Below, in pieces: positions 6,988-10,879 of a DNA stretch of 10,879 nucleotides. Within the stretch, counting starts at the first letter, position 1, and each line of letters starts with the position of its first letter. The notes beneath the pieces were generated by a model that worked only from the letters and a program-made list of their open reading frames with translations, ran no database searches and was not told the origin of the DNA. The DNA comes from an uncultured Janthinobacterium sp. (lineage in GTDB: Bacteria; Vulcanimicrobiota; Vulcanimicrobiia; Vulcanimicrobiales; Vulcanimicrobiaceae): assembly GCA_964658025.1 (NCBI GenBank), contig CAZZXB010000078.1, positions 1-10,879 on the forward strand, in the 5' to 3' direction. A program made the position numbers and the translations under genes.

Positions 6988-8372
6988 GGCGTCGGCGGTG
7001 CGATCGCCGAGAGATACGAGATGATGTCCTGACGCGTGACGACGCCCACGGGTCGGCCCGCATCGGTCACGACGATCGCGGAGTTCGCGAGCGAGAGCAG
7101 CTTGTACGCGCGGTCGATGTCGGCGTCTTGTTCGAGCGACGGAAAGGGCCGCCCCATCACCTCGCGGACCGCGCGGTGGAGGATGTCCGAACGATCGAAC
7201 ACCGCCTGCATCACCGCGACGTCGTTCACGCTCCCGACGATGCGGTCGCCGTCGACGACCGGGAGTTGCGAGATCTCGAAGCGGCGGAGTTTGTCGAGCG
7301 CGTCGCGGACGGCGTCGCCGTCCTCGACCGTGATCATCGGCGGGAGCGGTTCCTTACTGCGTAACACGTCGCCGACGGTCGCCGCGCGCTTGCCCTCCGC
7401 GAGAAAGCCGTTCGCGATCATCCACTCGTCGTTGAAGATCTTCGACATATAGCCGCGACCGGAATCGGGGAAGACGACGACGAGCACGGCCTCGGGCGGC
7501 AACGTTTTCGCGAGCTTGATCGCGGCGACGGCCGCGGTCCCCGACGATCCGCCGACGAGCAGACCCTCCTCGCGCGTGATCCGACGCGCCATGAGGAACG
7601 ACTCGCGATCGGAGACGCGCGTCATCTCGTCGATCACCTTGAGATCGACGGTCTCGGGAAGGTACGACATGCCGATGCCCTCGACGGCGTACGACTTCGG
7701 CGTATCGCCCGAATAGATCGACCCTTCGGGATCGGCGCCGACGACGCGGATCGCGGGATTCTTTTCCTTGAGATATCGCGCCGTCCCCGAGATCGTGCCG
7801 CCCGTCCCGAGTCCCGAGACGAAGTGGGTGATCGTCCCGCCCGTCTGCGTCCAGATCTCGGGACCCGTCGTGTGGTAGTGGGCGTCGGGATTGGAGTGGT
7901 TGTGCCACTGGTTCGGCATGAAGGCGCCGGAGATCTCGCTGACGAGACGCGAGGCCACGCCGTAGTAGGATTCGGGCGAATCGGACGACACGTTGGTCGG
8001 CGTGACGACGACTTCGGCACCGTACGCGCGCAAGAGATCGATCTTTTCCTTCGACATCTTGTCGGGCATCACGAGGATGCAGCGGTAGCCGCGGATCGCG
8101 GCGGCCATCGCGAGCCCCGTCCCGGTGTTGCCGCTCGTCGCCTCGACGATCGTCGAACCCGGACGGAGCAGACCCGCGGCCTCCGCCTCGCGCAGCATCG
8201 CGACGGCCGGCCGGTCCTTGACGCTCCCGCCGGGATTGACGTACTCGACCTTCGCGAGGACCAGGCACGCGGCGTCGTCGACGACCCGCCGCAGGCGGAT
8301 CAACGGCGTGTTCCCGACGGCGTCGAGCGCGCTCTCGAAATAGTGCAGGCTGCTCTTGTCGACGACGGTCAT
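6984..8372 (-). CDS. cbs: Cystathionine beta-synthase with C-terminal CBS (Bateman) domain pair
   Basis: VGNTPL, NPGGSVKDR (PLP Lys), EATSGNTG, MPDKMSKEK, GLGTGGT, GGSSG, PDSGRGYMSKIFNDEWM, then two CBS repeats (ISQLPVVD; GVVTRQDII). SD GAGGAG at 8382-8377. Confidence 0.95.
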   Translation of the reverse strand: MTVVDKSSLHYFESALDAVGNTPLIRLRRVVDDAACLVLAKVEYVNPGGSVKDRPAVAMLREAEAAGLLRPGSTIVEATSGNTGTGLAMAAAIRGYRCILVMPDKMSKEKIDLLRAYGAEVVVTPTNVSSDSPESYYGVASRLVSEISGAFMPNQWHNHSNPDAHYHTTGPEIWTQTGGTITHFVSGLGTGGTISGTARYLKEKNPAIRVVGADPEGSIYSGDTPKSYAVEGIGMSYLPETVDLKVIDEMTRVSDRESFLMARRITREEGLLVGGSSGTAAVAAIKLAKTLPPEAVLVVVFPDSGRGYMSKIFNDEWMIANGFLAEGKRAATVGDVLRSKEPLPPMITVEDGDAVRDALDKLRRFEISQLPVVDGDRIVGSVNDVAVMQAVFDRSDILHRAVREVMGRPFPSLEQDADIDRAYKLLSLANSAIVVTDAGRPVGVVTRQDIISYLSAIAPPTP

Positions 8373-8376
8373 CGTA

Positions 8377-8382
8377 CTCCTC
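8377..8382 (-). promoter_or_regulatory. Shine-Dalgarno sequence of cbs
   Basis: Minus strand reads GAGGAG-tacg-ATG(8372). Confidence 0.7.
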
Positions 8383-8443
8383 GAACTCGGTGTCGCCGCA
8401 TCTTCTGCGGCCCGAAAGCGTTTTCATGGAACGACTCGCTTTT

Positions 8444-8449
8444 GGGAGG
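8444..8449 (+). promoter_or_regulatory. Shine-Dalgarno sequence of the DUF5069-like gene
   Basis: GGGAGG 9 nt before ATG 8459. Confidence 0.7.
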
Positions 8450-8458
8450 ACGATCAGA

Positions 8459-8812
8459 ATGGCAACCGATTTTCGCAGCGGCACCGCCTTTCCGCGCCGC
8501 GGTCGCGAGACCGCCGACGGCTACATGTGGATCTTCCGCGCGTTCGACAAGGCGCGCGCGGCGGCGGACGGCACGCTCCACGATTACATCTATCCGTGCC
8601 CGATGGACAAGGGCGTGATGGAGCGGTGGGGGATCACCCCCGCGGAGTTCGACGCGGCGATCGTGACGCGGCGCACGGACGACGAGATCGTCGCCTGGTT
8701 GCGCGAACGCGTCGACGCGGCGCATCGCGACGCGGCGAACGCCTGGCTCCAGAACGAGAAGTCCTCGAATTTGGACCGACAGGATCGCGAAGAGGGCGTC
8801 GTCGCGGCTTGA
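8459..8812 (+). CDS. DUF5069-like small protein of unknown function
   Basis: 117 aa from ATG 8459 with a good SD. The pattern PR..RE...GY.W..R..DKARA...GTL.DY.YPCPMD......GI....F.......DDEI.AWL matches my recollection of DUF5069 proteins. Confidence 0.8.
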   Translation: MATDFRSGTAFPRRGRETADGYMWIFRAFDKARAAADGTLHDYIYPCPMDKGVMERWGITPAEFDAAIVTRRTDDEIVAWLRERVDAAHRDAANAWLQNEKSSNLDRQDREEGVVAA

Positions 8813-9163
8813 ATGAACACGCGACGCCATATGGTGCGTCGCGTATCGTTGCTCGTGGCGGTCGCTTGCATTCTCGCGGGATGCGGCGACGGGATCCCGC
8901 CCGTCGGAAAGTACGCGACCGTCTCCGGTCGTCTGACCGACGGCAAGACCGGGTCGCCGATCGCCTTCGCGACGGTGACGGTCAACGGCGTGCAGTACGC
9001 TCGGACGGACGAAGAGGGAAACTACAAGATCACGACCGTGCCGAGCGGTCCGTGGTCGTGGTCCGCGCACGCCGAAAACTACGCCGACGGCGGCGGTGAG
9101 GGTCCGACGCCGCTGGCGCCGGGCGAACAGCGGACGTTTCCGATCGCGCTCGCCCATCTCTGA
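8813..9163 (+). CDS. Lipoprotein with carboxypeptidase-regulatory-like (transthyretin-like) domain
   Basis: Lipobox ILAG|C after MVRRVSLLVAVAC; TVSGRLTDGKTGSPIAFATVTV...ARTDEEGNYKITTVPSG is typical of CarboxypepD_reg domains. Starts right after the upstream TGA; alternative ATG at 8831. Confidence 0.85.
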   Translation: MNTRRHMVRRVSLLVAVACILAGCGDGIPPVGKYATVSGRLTDGKTGSPIAFATVTVNGVQYARTDEEGNYKITTVPSGPWSWSAHAENYADGGGEGPTPLAPGEQRTFPIALAHL

Positions 9164-10292
9164 GCGCGGCGCCGACCGCGTCGTCGTCGCGCCGGACAAA
9201 TTCAAGGGGAGCCTGACGGCGAGCGAAGCGGCCGACGCGATCGCCCGGGGCGTCGTGCGCGCCGATCCGCGACTCCGGTGCGTCGCGGTTCCGGTCGCCG
9301 ACGGCGGCGAGGGGACGCTCGACGTCTTTTTCGCGCGCGGTTGGCGGCGCGTGGAACGGACCGTCCGCGGACCGCTCGGGGAGCCCGTACGGGCCGCGTT
9401 CGCGATCCGAGGGACGCGAGCGGTCGTCGAATCCGCGCAGGCGTCGGGGCTCGCGCCCGCGGGCGAGCCGCGCGACGTCTTGCGCGCGTCGACGTACGGG
9501 ACGGGCGAACTCGTGCGCGCCGCGCTCGACGCCGGCGCGCGCGAGATCGTCGTCGCGATCGGCGGGACGGCCACGAACGACGGCGGCGCGGGGATGCTCG
9601 AAGCGCTCGGTCTGCGCCTGACGCGCGAGGACGGCGCGGCGCTCGAGCCCGGCGGCGGCGCGCTCGCGCGGCTCGCCCGCGTCTCGCGCGACGGGCTCGA
9701 TCCGCGACTCGCCGAGAGTACGTTCGTCGTCGCGAACGACGTCGCGAGCCCGCTCGTCGGACCGCACGGGGCGAGCGCGGTCTACGGTCCGCAGAAGGGC
9801 GCGAGTCCGGCCGACGTGCGCGTCCTCGACGCGGCGCTCGCGCGCTTCGCCGACGCGTCGGCCGTCGCGCTCGGAAGCGACGTGCGCGACGAGCCCGGAA
9901 CGGGCGCGGGCGGCGGGCTCGCGTACGGATTGCGCGCCTATCTCGGCGCGCGCTTTCGCGCGGGCTTCGAGATCGTCGCGGAGGTCGTGGGACTCGCGGA
10001 CCATCTCGCGGGGGCACGTTATTGTTTTAGCGGTGAAGGCTCGATCGACGCGCAGACCCTCGCGGGAAAGACCGCCGACGGCGTGACGCGTTTCGCGCGC
10101 GAGGCGGGCGTCCCCACGGTCGTGTTCGGGGGACGCGTCGATCCGTTCGCCGAGCGCGCGTTCGCCGAACGGGGCGCGCTCGTCGTCCCGATCGCGGACG
10201 GCCCGCTCGATCTCGCCGAATGCTGCGCGCGTGCGGGCGAATTACTCGAACGCGCCGCGTTCCGCACGACGCGCCTGCTCGGGGTCCGCTAA
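9156..10292 (+). CDS. glxK: Glycerate kinase (GlxK/GarK family)
   Basis: VVAPDKFKGSL, VPVADGGEGT, ASTYGTGEL, IGGTATNDGGAGML, YGPQKGA, GTGAGGG, GEGSIDAQTLAGK. Start is uncertain: GTG 9096 (track) or ATC 9156; the conserved domain begins near 9177. Confidence 0.92.
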   Translation: MSERGADRVVVAPDKFKGSLTASEAADAIARGVVRADPRLRCVAVPVADGGEGTLDVFFARGWRRVERTVRGPLGEPVRAAFAIRGTRAVVESAQASGLAPAGEPRDVLRASTYGTGELVRAALDAGAREIVVAIGGTATNDGGAGMLEALGLRLTREDGAALEPGGGALARLARVSRDGLDPRLAESTFVVANDVASPLVGPHGASAVYGPQKGASPADVRVLDAALARFADASAVALGSDVRDEPGTGAGGGLAYGLRAYLGARFRAGFEIVAEVVGLADHLAGARYCFSGEGSIDAQTLAGKTADGVTRFAREAGVPTVVFGGRVDPFAERAFAERGALVVPIADGPLDLAECCARAGELLERAAFRTTRLLGVR

Positions 10293-10468
10293 GCCGCGTC
10301 GCCACGGCGCGCGGGCCGCACGCTCGCACGGAGGGCCGCAGGGAAGCGGCATCGCGAAGGGCACGAGCGGCGATGCGGACCCGCCGCCCGTACTTCGGAG
10401 GACGGATTGCACCCTACCGAGCGAGAACGGACACGCGCGCGTCCTAGCGCGCAACATCGTGCGTTCGC

Positions 10469-10476
10469 AGGAGGAG
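10469..10476 (+). promoter_or_regulatory. Strong Shine-Dalgarno sequence
   Basis: AGGAGGAG 7 nt before GTG 10484. Confidence 0.75.
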
Positions 10477-10483
10477 CCCTTAC

Positions 10484-10879
10484 GTGAAGCGATTCTTTCT
10501 CGCGCTAGTCCTCGTCGCCGTCGCCGTTCCCGCCGCGGCGGCCGAGCGCGTCGCCGTTCCCGGCAAAACCGCGATCCGACTCATCTCCGATTCCGTCATG
10601 GTGTCGACCGTCGCCGTCAATCCGGGCGACGTCATCGACTTTCACGTCGCGGATCCCGTCGTGGTCGACGGCTGGGTCGTCATTCCCGCCGACGCGAAAG
10701 CGTTCGGTCACTTCGTCTCCGGCGGTGGCATGGAAGTGCACCAGCGTCTCTTCAGCGCGGACGTGCATGCGCGCAATATCGTCTTCGCGCTCGACTACGT
10801 CGTGAGCGCGGACGGCGGAAAGATCAAACTCGACGGGGCGAATCAATCGCCGCCCGTGACGAATCAGGGCGAAGCGCAC
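10484..10879 (+). CDS. Secreted hypothetical protein, partial (runs off the window end); beta-rich, loosely TrbI/VirB10-barrel-like
   Basis: Not in the ORF track. Hand translation: MKRFFLALVLVAVAVPAAAAERVAVPGKTAIRLISDSVMVSTVAVNPGDVIDFHVADPVVVDGWVVIPADAKAFGHFV...FALDYVVSADGGKIKLDG..., open for 132 codons, with a classic Sec signal and strong SD. Confidence 0.85.
   Translation, partial: MKRFFLALVLVAVAVPAAAAERVAVPGKTAIRLISDSVMVSTVAVNPGDVIDFHVADPVVVDGWVVIPADAKAFGHFVSGGGMEVHQRLFSADVHARNIVFALDYVVSADGGKIKLDGANQSPPVTNQGEAH

Noticed and set aside
5831..7063. 954-aa ORF 4199..7063 as a giant protein or a metB-GT-C fusion
   Set aside because: The N-terminal ~410 aa are an Arg-rich alternative frame overlapping metB; only the C-terminal ~525 aa look like a real protein.
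8373..8458. SAM/SAH riboswitch upstream of cbs
   Set aside because: The spacer is only 86 bp and shared with a divergent gene, and I could not find SAM-I, SAM-II, SAM-SAH or SAH consensus elements.
10294..10314. Intrinsic terminator after glxK
   Set aside because: A GC hairpin is present but there is no U-tract on either strand, so it is not called as a terminator.
10505..10879. 124-aa minus-strand ORF in the track
   Set aside because: It is antisense to a plus-strand frame with a strong SD and a clear signal peptide.

Overview
Very GC-rich, CpG-rich bacterial chromosomal DNA. The style resembles Eremiobacterota/Terrabacteria, but that is an unverified impression. The window holds 11 supportable CDSs, in order: the 5' stub of a GT2 glycosyltransferase (-); an unusual ~800-aa ORF joining a signal-peptide-bearing GH35/GH42 (GlmA-like) glycosidase in frame to an N-terminally truncated GT4 glycosyltransferase (-); a Fes-like esterase coupled to a secreted hypothetical protein (+); a GT-C/PMT-like membrane glycosyltransferase downstream of a cbs-metB/mccB reverse-transsulfuration pair (-); and, divergently, a DUF5069-like protein, a carboxypeptidase-regulatory-domain lipoprotein, a glycerate kinase and a partial secreted protein (+). 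The main anomaly is the GH35-GT4 join near 936-948. It sits on a (GC)n tract and coincides with a codon-usage shift, so it is either a recent natural fusion or an assembly chimera. No rRNA, tRNA, CRISPR array or mobile element was seen.
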